Positions 51,146 to 59,016 of a DNA stretch of 64,000 bases are shown here, in pieces; position 1 is the stretch's first letter; every line of letters starts with the position of its first letter. The notes under the pieces were generated by a model. That model was given only the letters and a program-made list of their open reading frames with translations. It was not told the origin of the DNA and did not search any database. The translations under genes were made by a program, and so were the position numbers. The DNA is from an uncultured Gemmatimonadales bacterium (GTDB lineage Bacteria; Gemmatimonadota; Gemmatimonadetes; Longimicrobiales; RSA9). The stretch covers positions 96,001 to 160,000 of the forward strand of contig CAVUKA010000001.1 of NCBI GenBank assembly GCA_963741945.1, given 5' to 3'.

Positions 51146-51619
51146 CTACTCTCGCTCGGGCTCCGTGGGAGCGGACTGCTGGGGCGCCGCGAGCGTCGGT
51201 TCCTTGCCGAGGGCGCGCTGGAGCGAGGTCAGCATCGTCGCCAGCTCGAACCCGGATTCCGGTTGGCGGCGGCTGAGCATGGTGATGACGTCATCGCGCC
51301 GGGCGAGGATCTCGCCGAGGCCGGAACGAGCGCTTTCCGGGACGGTGCCCGCCTGCTCCTGCAGGCGGTCGAAGAAGTCGCTGGCCAGCTGACGGCTCCG
51401 CTCGAAGTTCCCGAACTCGGCCGCCATGGTGGCCGAAGTGAGGGATGCTTCGAGCTGATCCACGGCGCGTTCCCCCTGGATCACTTTCAGCTCCTGCCGC
51501 GTGGTGTCCAGCGCCTGGCGCGCCTGACGCGCCTGGCTGAACTGCCATACGGCTCCACCCGCGAAGGCCAGCACCGCGACGGCCCCGATGATCAACACGT
51601 TTCGCAACTGAGGCTTCAT
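51146..51619 (-). CDS. Hypothetical membrane-anchored helical protein
   Basis: GAGG RBS; N-terminal TM followed by a coiled-coil/helical region. Confidence 0.7.
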   Translation of the reverse strand: MKPQLRNVLIIGAVAVLAFAGGAVWQFSQARQARQALDTTRQELKVIQGERAVDQLEASLTSATMAAEFGNFERSRQLASDFFDRLQEQAGTVPESARSGLGEILARRDDVITMLSRRQPESGFELATMLTSLQRALGKEPTLAAPQQSAPTEPERE

Positions 51620-51695
51620 TGGGCCTCTCCTCTCCACGCCGACAAGAACACTGCGCGGGACGCGGGCCTGCATCGGCCCGGCGCCCCGCCCGGAA

Positions 51696-51845
51696 TCACC
51701 GCAGCCTTCGACCTTGAATGACCTGGAGCAGGATCACTACGATGGCGATCACCAGGAGAACGTGAATGAACCCGCCCATCGTGGTCGACGTCACAAACCC
51801 GAGCAACCAGAGAACAATCAGGACTACCGCCAGCGTCCATAGCAT
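51696..51845 (-). CDS. lmo0937-family small membrane protein (49 aa)
   Basis: Not in the ORF track; translated by hand as MLWTLAVVLIVLWLLGFVTSTTMGGFIHVLLVIAIVVILLQVIQGRRLR. Confidence 0.9.
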   Translation of the reverse strand: MLWTLAVVLIVLWLLGFVTSTTMGGFIHVLLVIAIVVILLQVIQGRRLR

Positions 51846-51912
51846 CGTGACCACCTGCGTTGAAGCGTTGCGTTGATCCCGGCTGAACGAAGCCCGGGGA
51901 GACCCGACCTGC

Positions 51913-52224
51913 CTAGTCGCCGGAGGAGACCTCCATGGGCTCGGTGACCACGAACCTCGCGTTGAGCGCCGCGAGCGCCGCCTCGATCCTCCGGTTGATC
52001 CCCATGTCCCGCGCCGGGGTGTCGCTCACGACCAGGATGCGCGTCACCTGGGGCTCCACCACCACCTGGGCCGCCCACGTGCGCGCCCCGGCCCGGGCCT
52101 CGGAGTGCTCCCGCTCCAGCAGCTCCTGGATGCCGCGGAAGCGCTCTGAGGACTCGGGTAGCGTGATGTCATATGCGTAAGCCCAGAGCCCGCTCTTCGG
52201 CGGCCCGCGAGGATTTCGGGTCAT
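51913..52224 (-). CDS. Hypothetical protein
   Basis: AGGAG RBS; 103 aa; co-oriented with its neighbours. Confidence 0.7.
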   Translation of the reverse strand: MTRNPRGPPKSGLWAYAYDITLPESSERFRGIQELLEREHSEARAGARTWAAQVVVEPQVTRILVVSDTPARDMGINRRIEAALAALNARFVVTEPMEVSSGD

Positions 52225-52272
52225 GGGATCTCCTGCTTCCGGTGCTTCCATGGCTGCCGGGTGAACGAGACG

Positions 52273-52764
52273 TCAGCGGGTCGGCGGCGCAAGATTGCCG
52301 CAGGCGACTACGGTGCTGGCATTCGACTGCGAGGCATACACGACCACGAAGTAGTCCCCTGAGCGAGGCGTCGTCATGGGAATCATCGCTTTGGCCGTGG
52401 AACGCCCATCGGAGCCCACGCTCAGGGGAGAGTATGCGTCGCCGGTTCCCAGCAGGCCGTAGTCCATTCCGGATCCGCACTGTCCGCGATGCGCCTGCCA
52501 CGGGTGGAGGCCGCCCGGGGACGCGTTCGCCAGATCCAGGCGGATGACCGTGCCGGTGCCGTCCCCGTCCGGAGCCATGGACGCGGAGCCCTCCATCTGC
52601 ACGGCGCCAGCCAGGCTCCCCGGCGAGGCGAGGTTCGCGTGCCAGCGCGTGTTCAGCATGGCGTCATCGGTGTTCATTTCGACCGCCTGGCTCCTGTGGA
52701 ACGGGTTGCAGGCGGTGGCCGCGAGGAGCACAAGTGCCATCGGCAGGTGTCGAGAGCGAATCAT
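52273..52764 (-). CDS. Cu/Zn-SOD-fold-like lipoprotein with degenerate metal ligands
   Basis: Lipobox ATAC; HPWQAHRGQCG, VGSDGRST and VVACGNL motifs. Confidence 0.7.
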   Translation of the reverse strand: MIRSRHLPMALVLLAATACNPFHRSQAVEMNTDDAMLNTRWHANLASPGSLAGAVQMEGSASMAPDGDGTGTVIRLDLANASPGGLHPWQAHRGQCGSGMDYGLLGTGDAYSPLSVGSDGRSTAKAMIPMTTPRSGDYFVVVYASQSNASTVVACGNLAPPTR

Positions 52765-52839
52765 GGGACCTCCAGAGTTGGAACCCCGCTCTCCTGGATC
52801 ATCGTCCCAGGTTCATGACCGGGTTCGGGTGTGTATCGA

Positions 52840-52909
52840 AACCTAGGCGGTCCGCACCACCACCGGCATCCGTCGTTCGGCTGAAACACGATCTAGTCCG
52901 GAAGAACCA
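52840..52909 (-). promoter_or_regulatory. Promoter with tandem 16-bp NarL/LuxR-type boxes
   Basis: Box TAGTCCGGAAGAACCA (52894-52909), 9 bp, box TCCGTCGTTCGGCTGA (52869-52884), 6+17 bp, then TAGGTT on the minus strand. Confidence 0.65.
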
Positions 52910-52924
52910 GACCCGGCCCGACCT

Positions 52925-53617
52925 CTACTCCGACGCCTCCCGTGGGGACGGTTCGACGTCGTGGGCATACAGCGCGACCTGCAGCCGGCTGTGAAGTGCC
53001 AGCTTCTCCAGGATGTTGTGGACGTGGCTCTTCACCGTATGGGGAGAGACCCGGAGCTTCCGGCCGATCGCCTTGTTCGTCATCCCCTCCGCAATCAGGT
53101 CGATGACGTGGTGCTCGCGCCTGGTCAGGCGGGCGGACCGGGCCGCTCCGGCGGTCTGCTGCGCCATCGTTTGTTCGGCGATGTAGGAGAACACCGTGCT
53201 CGTCAGGACCGGCGGGAGCACGGCCTGTCCTTCTGCCACTTTCCGGATCGTGTCGATGAACACCTCGAGCGACGCGTCCTTCACCACCAGCCCCGAAGCG
53301 CCACACCGGACGAAATCGACCACCTCCTCCGGGTCGAGCAGGATGTCCATCACGATCACCCGCGCTGCGGGATGGGATCCGACGATCCGCTCCACCAGCT
53401 CGTGGCTGTCGTGATCCCCGAGCCCCGCATCCACCAGTACCACCCTCGCCCCGCTCTCGGCTACCCGCGCGCCCGCTGATTCGGCGTCGTCGGCGACCGC
53501 CACCACGTGGAGGTCGGGCTGACCGTCCAGGATGGCCACGATCCCTTCCCGCAGCAGCCGATTGTCTTCCACGACGACTATGGGAACCGCACCCTCGCTA
53601 GGCGCTCTTCTGGCCAT
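52925..53617 (-). CDS. NarL/LuxR-family response regulator
   Basis: VVEDNRLLREG, VLVD, VKDAS; LTRRE...EGMTNKAIGRKLRVSPHTVKSHVHNILEKL. Confidence 0.93.
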   Translation of the reverse strand: MARRAPSEGAVPIVVVEDNRLLREGIVAILDGQPDLHVVAVADDAESAGARVAESGARVVLVDAGLGDHDSHELVERIVGSHPAARVIVMDILLDPEEVVDFVRCGASGLVVKDASLEVFIDTIRKVAEGQAVLPPVLTSTVFSYIAEQTMAQQTAGAARSARLTRREHHVIDLIAEGMTNKAIGRKLRVSPHTVKSHVHNILEKLALHSRLQVALYAHDVEPSPREASE

Positions 53618-54239
53618 GGGCATAGGCTGCGATCTGCAGCCGCGTGTGCAGGGTCAGCTTCTCCATGATGTTGCGCAGGTGACTCTTCACCGTGTGCGTC
53701 GAGACGTGGAGGCGCTTCGCGATCTCCTTGTTGCTCAGCCCCTCCGCAATCAGGCCGATCACTTCTCGCTCACGCGCCGTCATGCGCACCGACTCAAGCG
53801 GGAGCGGTCGGTCCGCCGAGACGGCCTCCTGGGCGATCTGGGAGAACAGCGACCGTGTCATCGCCGGCGGCAGGACATCGCCCCCATCGGCCACACACCG
53901 TACGGTCGTGGCGAGCTCCTCGAGCGAAGCATCCTTCATGATGAAGCCCGACACGCCCGCCCGGACGTACTCGAAGATCTCCTCGTGGAACGGCAGGACG
54001 TCCATGACCACGACCTTCGCATCCGGCAGCTCCTCCTTCACCCGCTCGGCCGTCCGCAGGCTGTCCCCGTTTCCCAGGCTGAGGTCCAGAAGCACCACCT
54101 GCGGCATCGCCTGCCGCAGCACTGCCGTGTCCGCGCCCGACGCTGACGCGACCACCTCGATATCCGCCAGTTGGTTGAGAAGCGCCGTGATCCCCTCGCG
54201 CACCAACCGGTTGTCCTCGATCAGGGCTACGGTGATCAT
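53598..54239 (-). CDS. NarL/LuxR-family response regulator
   Basis: IEDNRLVREG, VLLD, MKDAS; MTARE...EGLSNKEIAKRLHVSTHTVKSH. Confidence 0.94.
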   Translation of the reverse strand: MITVALIEDNRLVREGITALLNQLADIEVVASASGADTAVLRQAMPQVVLLDLSLGNGDSLRTAERVKEELPDAKVVVMDVLPFHEEIFEYVRAGVSGFIMKDASLEELATTVRCVADGGDVLPPAMTRSLFSQIAQEAVSADRPLPLESVRMTAREREVIGLIAEGLSNKEIAKRLHVSTHTVKSHLRNIMEKLTLHTRLQIAAYAHGQKSA

Positions 54240-54345
54240 GCTGCCCCCGCATCCGGCCCGGGCTTCACACCGGGGGTCGCTGCACGCTGCGTTGCCGAAG
54301 GAGACAAGCGGTCAATCTCGCGGGCGGGCGGCGGCTCGGGGATTC

Positions 54346-55446
54346 TCATCGGTCTTCGGGCGCGAGCGGCTCGGCCAGCAACGTCTTTCCGGCGTACTCC
54401 TCGCCGAACATGTCCCACAGCACGAGGAAGAGGGCCGCGATGACGGGTCCCGCGACGAACCCGGCGAGGCCGAATGCGGCGATGCCGCCGAGGGTCGACA
54501 GGAGAACGATGTAGTCGGGGGTCTTGGTGTCGCGACCGACCACGATCGGTCTGAGCAGGTTGTCCACGAGACCGATCACGAACACGCCGCCGAGCACCAC
54601 GAGCAGGCCCTGCCAGACGTGGCCACCCACGAAGAAGATGACGGCGGCCGGCAGCCAGACGAGGCCGGCCCCGAGAGCGGGCAGGAGGGAGAGCACGGCC
54701 ATGATGGCGCCCCAGAACACGGCGGTCCGGACACCCACGATGGCGAACAGGACGGCGCCCAGCCCACCCTGGGCGACGGCGATGATCAGCGTCCCCTTCA
54801 CCGTCGCGCGCGCGACCTCGGCGAACTTCCGGAGCAGGCGCTGTTTGCGGTCCTCGCCGAGGGGCAGGACCCGCATCACGCCCGTGACGATGCGATCGCC
54901 ATCACGGAAGAAGAAGAAGAGGAGGTAGAGCATGAGTCCGAACAGGATTGCGAGCAGCAGCACGTTCTGCCCCGCGGCGAGGGCCCAGCCCGCAATGGAC
55001 TGGGTGATGCCCGCCGCCATCTCCTGCATGGAGACGCGGAGTTGATCGACGTCGACGCCGTAGCGCGCCAGGAGGTCGGCCACGGGGGGCACGAAGCGCT
55101 CGATCGCGTCGATGGCCGCCTGGACGCTGATCTCACCGGAGGCGAGCCCCTGGTAGAGGAGGAGTGCCTGGCGCGCGAGGGCTGTGAGCACGGCGGCGAG
55201 AGGCAGCACGACGAACAGGACGGTGGCGAGGGTCGCGGCGAGCGCCGCCGCCGCGCGCCTGCCGCGGAACGCGCGCAGGAGGCGGCCATGCATGCCCTGG
55301 AACAGGAGGGCGAAGACGGCGGCCCAGAACAGCGGGGAGAAGAAGGGCCGGATCACCCAGAATAGCGCCATCGTCGTAACGAGGACGAAAGCGAGAAACG
55401 TGAACGTCTCGAGCTTTCTGAGGCGGAGGTCGGAGAGGGCGGTCAT
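54346..55446 (-). CDS. AI-2E family transporter
   Basis: FFFFRDG, ATVKGTLIIAVAQG, LVDNLLRP, LLSTLGGIAAFG..G.VAGP motifs. Confidence 0.93.
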   Translation of the reverse strand: MTALSDLRLRKLETFTFLAFVLVTTMALFWVIRPFFSPLFWAAVFALLFQGMHGRLLRAFRGRRAAAALAATLATVLFVVLPLAAVLTALARQALLLYQGLASGEISVQAAIDAIERFVPPVADLLARYGVDVDQLRVSMQEMAAGITQSIAGWALAAGQNVLLLAILFGLMLYLLFFFFRDGDRIVTGVMRVLPLGEDRKQRLLRKFAEVARATVKGTLIIAVAQGGLGAVLFAIVGVRTAVFWGAIMAVLSLLPALGAGLVWLPAAVIFFVGGHVWQGLLVVLGGVFVIGLVDNLLRPIVVGRDTKTPDYIVLLSTLGGIAAFGLAGFVAGPVIAALFLVLWDMFGEEYAGKTLLAEPLAPEDR

Positions 55447-56093
55447 GGCCTGGCCGGGATGTTCGCCACACCGGTAGCCATGTCGTTCGCCAACCGGTCC
55501 ACCCCCCGGTCCAGCATTGCCACGAGCCCGGGATAGTCTCCGATCCGCCAGCCCTGCTCGCGGTAATCCGTGGTCCCGCGGGCCACGACCACGCCGTCGG
55601 CGGGCCGGATGATCTCCCACGTGGCCAGCACCTGAGCCGCTCCGTCGTCCGCTGCCGGGTCCTCCGGCGCCACGCCCTCGAACCGCGCCACGTGGACCTG
55701 GACCAGGTAGTCGTGCTGCTGCGCCGGCGCCCAGGGCGCCACGTCTACGCGCTGGAACTCCCGACGAGCAGCCAGGTGGCCGATTATGGCCCGGTTGATT
55801 CCTGCATCGAGCGGCTCCGCCCAGCGGTGGAACTCGGAAACGGCGATCTGGTGCTCGCCCCGCCGCACCACGACGGCCGGTGTGGCCAGATACGCGGCCA
55901 GGTCCAGCCGGCGCACGCCGAGCGCGAGGGCCGGGTGTCCGGTGGACGCCGCAGCCTCGCCGCCTCCCGCGACGCCGCCGAGCACGTACTGCTCGAGGGG
56001 CGTCGTGTCGCGGGCGAGGCTGAAGCACCCACCCCCGCTGACGAGAACCAGGGCCGCGAACAGCCGAACGTATTTCCTCGTGGGTCGCATCAT
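55443..56093 (-). CDS. PqiC-like ABC auxiliary lipoprotein
   Basis: Lipobox GGC; YVL, AAYLATPAVV and FHRWAEPL motifs. Confidence 0.88.
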   Translation of the reverse strand: MMRPTRKYVRLFAALVLVSGGGCFSLARDTTPLEQYVLGGVAGGGEAAASTGHPALALGVRRLDLAAYLATPAVVVRRGEHQIAVSEFHRWAEPLDAGINRAIIGHLAARREFQRVDVAPWAPAQQHDYLVQVHVARFEGVAPEDPAADDGAAQVLATWEIIRPADGVVVARGTTDYREQGWRIGDYPGLVAMLDRGVDRLANDMATGVANIPARP

Positions 56094-57085
56094 CAATTCT
56101 CCGGTGGCTTCTTGCCGCGAATCAGCATGTCCGGGTTCTGGTCCAGCGACGTGGCGAGCTGCGTGAGGGCGTCCGCCGCCTCCCGGAGGCTCGCCAGGGC
56201 TTCCTGAAGCCCGTACCCGACGCCGGAATCGGTCGACAATGCGGCGTTCATCTGGTCGAGGCTCGTGTGCAGCGCCTGCAGGGTGGCGACCATCTCCCTG
56301 GACGTCTCCTCGAGCTGGATCTGCAGCGGGTCGACGGCTGCGCCGGCACGCTCGGCCAGCCGCTGCACTTCCGCCATGGTCTGGTTGACCTGCCTGGCCA
56401 GTGCCGGTGCCTGTGCGACGGCTGCCCGGATGTCCGGCGAGTCGACCAGGCGCTGCACCGCCTCCGCGGAGGCCACCATCGCGGTGTTGATCCCCGGCAT
56501 GTCCACCTCCTCCAGAAGCTGGTTGACCTGGAACAGCACCTTGAGCACGTCCGCCATGAGGCTTCCCGCACCCGTTCCCAGCGTGGCCATGAACGACGGG
56601 GTGGTCGGGATCTCCGCCAGGACCCTCGAGGCCATCTCCGGCTGCTCCGGCTCCTCCGGCGCGTCCGGGCGGTAGGACAGCTCGATGTAGAGCTGCCCGG
56701 TGACCATGCTCTCCATCTGCAGCTGCGCCCGGAGACCGTCGGCGATCTGCTGTCGCAGCACGGGCGCCTGATCGAGGTGGACATACTTCCCGGTCATGGT
56801 CGTCAGGCGAGTGATGTCGATCTCGTACTTCACCGGGACCTGGAACGTCTTGTCCCGTTCATCGATCTGGATCAGGAGCTCCGTCACGGTGCCCACGGGC
56901 ACGCCCTGGAACTTCACCGGGGCGCCCCGCTCGAGTCCGTTGACCGACTCCTCGAACAGGCTGACGAAGGTCGAGCGCTTCGCGAACCACGTGGTGGAGG
57001 CCAGCGTGGCGACCGCGGCCACCGCCAGGACGAGGCCGCCGATCAGGAACAGCCCGATGGCCGTAGGACTGGCACGGAGGCTCAT
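56093..57085 (-). CDS. MCE/MlaD-family protein with a helical C-terminus
   Basis: AIGLFLIGG; FEESVNGLERGAPVKFQGVPVGTV; GLRAQL..SMVTGQLYIEL; NPDMLIRGK. Confidence 0.92.
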   Translation of the reverse strand: MSLRASPTAIGLFLIGGLVLAVAAVATLASTTWFAKRSTFVSLFEESVNGLERGAPVKFQGVPVGTVTELLIQIDERDKTFQVPVKYEIDITRLTTMTGKYVHLDQAPVLRQQIADGLRAQLQMESMVTGQLYIELSYRPDAPEEPEQPEMASRVLAEIPTTPSFMATLGTGAGSLMADVLKVLFQVNQLLEEVDMPGINTAMVASAEAVQRLVDSPDIRAAVAQAPALARQVNQTMAEVQRLAERAGAAVDPLQIQLEETSREMVATLQALHTSLDQMNAALSTDSGVGYGLQEALASLREAADALTQLATSLDQNPDMLIRGKKPPEN

Positions 57086-57873
57086 GTGATCCCATCGCTG
57101 GTTCGGGTCAGAAATCGCCGCACTTCCTCGCTCGGAGGAGCATCGCGCAGCTGCTCGGGCGGGCCGAGGGCGGCCATGGTCTTGCGGCCGATGTCCAGGA
57201 ACAGCGCGCGGTCGGCGATCTTGAAGATGCTGGCCAGGTCGTGGCTCACCACCACGATCGTAGTGCCCAGGCTCGCCCTCAATTGCAGGATCAGGTCATC
57301 CAGGCGACTGGCCGAGATCGGGTCGAGCCCCGAGGACGGCTCATCGAAGAAGAGGACCTCCGGATCCAGCGCGATCGCCCGGGCGAGCGCCGCGCGCTTC
57401 CGCATCCCTCCGCTGATCGCGGCGGGATAGAACGCTTCGAACCCCCGCAGGCCCACCAGGGCAAGCTTGAGCGAGACCATTTCACCAATCGCTTCCGCGC
57501 CGAGGGTGGTATACTGTTCCAGCGGCAGGGCCACGTTCTCTCCCAGTGTCAGCCCGCTCCAGAGCGCGCCGTTCTGGAAGAGCACGCCCATCCGCCGCAG
57601 CATCCGCTTCCGCGCCTCATCCTCCGCCGCCCCGAAGTCTTCGCCGTCGAACAGGATCAGCCCCCCGGCCGGCTTCTTCAGACCGATCAGGTGCTTGAGC
57701 AGCGTGCTCTTCCCGCTGCCGCTCCCGCCCATGACCACGAAGACCTCTCCACGCCGGACCTGGAAGCTCAGGTCCTCCATGACGACGTTCGCGCCGTACG
57801 CCAGGACCAGGTCGCGCACTTCAATCGGCGGTGCTTCCTGCGATGAGCGGGCGGACCGTGGGGCGGCCATCAT
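57082..57873 (-). CDS. MlaF-like ABC ATPase
   Basis: GGSGSGKST, LFQNGALW, ISGGMRKRAALARA, FDEPSSGLDP and VSHD motifs. Confidence 0.94.
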   Translation of the reverse strand: MMAAPRSARSSQEAPPIEVRDLVLAYGANVVMEDLSFQVRRGEVFVVMGGSGSGKSTLLKHLIGLKKPAGGLILFDGEDFGAAEDEARKRMLRRMGVLFQNGALWSGLTLGENVALPLEQYTTLGAEAIGEMVSLKLALVGLRGFEAFYPAAISGGMRKRAALARAIALDPEVLFFDEPSSGLDPISASRLDDLILQLRASLGTTIVVVSHDLASIFKIADRALFLDIGRKTMAALGPPEQLRDAPPSEEVRRFLTRTSDGIT

Positions 57874-59012
57874 ATCTCCAGCAGGGCCGCCAGCCAGTCG
57901 ATCACGGCGTTGGCCACGATGATCAGCGTGATGCCCAGGACCACGGCCGATGTCGCGGCACGGCCCACCGCCCGGGCGTCGGATCCGGTCTGGGTCCCTT
58001 TCATGCAGCCGGACAGGCCGATGATGCCGCCGAACACCGCCCCCTTGAACACGCCCAGCAGACCGTCACCCAGCGTGACCACGCCCAGGAGCCCGCCCAT
58101 GAACTGCGTGGCCGTGAGGTCCAGCAACGTCACCGCAACGAGCAGCCCGCCCAGCAGACCGACGATGTCGGCGTAGATCGTCAGTAGCGGCATCATCACG
58201 GAGAGCCCGAGCACGCGGGGGAGCACGAGATGGTCCACCGGTGAGATCCCGAGTGTCCGGAGGGCGTCGATCTCTTCCGTGATCTTCATGCTGCCGAGCT
58301 CCGCGGCGAAGGCTGCGCCGGTCCGGCCGGCCATGATGATGCCCGTCATCAGGGCGCCCATCTCCCTGAGAATCCCGTAGCCGACCAGGTAGGACACGTA
58401 GTACCCGGCGCCGAATCGCCGCAGGACCACTGCGCCCAGGAATGAGATGATCGCGCCCACCAGGAACGCGATGAGGGTGACGATGGCGAGCGCGCCCGAA
58501 CCGTTCGATTGCACCACCACCCAGAAGTCGCGCCAGCGGAACCGGCTGCGGCGCAGCAACAGTCGACCCAGGCTCTGGGCCACTTCCCCACCGAACGTGA
58601 TCGCAGCGAAGAACGCCTCGTAGACGGAGCGGCCCCGGCCGCCCAGCGTCGCGAGGAGCGAAACGCGCGGCTCCGCGCCGACCCGCTCCGTCTCCGGCAC
58701 CGCGCGCGCCAGCGCCAGAAGTCGGGTGACGTCCTCGGGGAGTCCCGACTCGTCGAAGGCGAGCGCATGCGCTTCGCAGTAGCGCGTGCCCTGGAGGAGA
58801 AAGGTGAGAAGACTGCTGTCCCACCGGCCCAGCTCCGTCGTGGCGAATCCCACGGTTCGGACGGCTTCCCCGCCCGACTCTTCCTCGAACAGCTGATCGA
58901 AGCGCGGAATGGATTGCCCCAGCTCCCACTCGCCGCTCAACACGGCGGTGAGGTCGGCGGACTCCCGGCGGACCTCGACCGCCGGAGTTGAGGGCCGATC
59001 GGCGCTCGACAC
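57870..59012 (-). CDS. MlaE-family permease with an N-terminal STAS-like domain
   Basis: WDSS STAS-like motif; LREMGALMTGIIMAGRTGAAFAAELGSMKITEEIDALRTLG; VGRAATSAVV; GTG start 4 bp after the upstream stop. Confidence 0.92.
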   Translation of the reverse strand: MSSADRPSTPAVEVRRESADLTAVLSGEWELGQSIPRFDQLFEEESGGEAVRTVGFATTELGRWDSSLLTFLLQGTRYCEAHALAFDESGLPEDVTRLLALARAVPETERVGAEPRVSLLATLGGRGRSVYEAFFAAITFGGEVAQSLGRLLLRRSRFRWRDFWVVVQSNGSGALAIVTLIAFLVGAIISFLGAVVLRRFGAGYYVSYLVGYGILREMGALMTGIIMAGRTGAAFAAELGSMKITEEIDALRTLGISPVDHLVLPRVLGLSVMMPLLTIYADIVGLLGGLLVAVTLLDLTATQFMGGLLGVVTLGDGLLGVFKGAVFGGIIGLSGCMKGTQTGSDARAVGRAATSAVVLGITLIIVANAVIDWLAALLEI

Positions 59013-59016
59013 CGGC

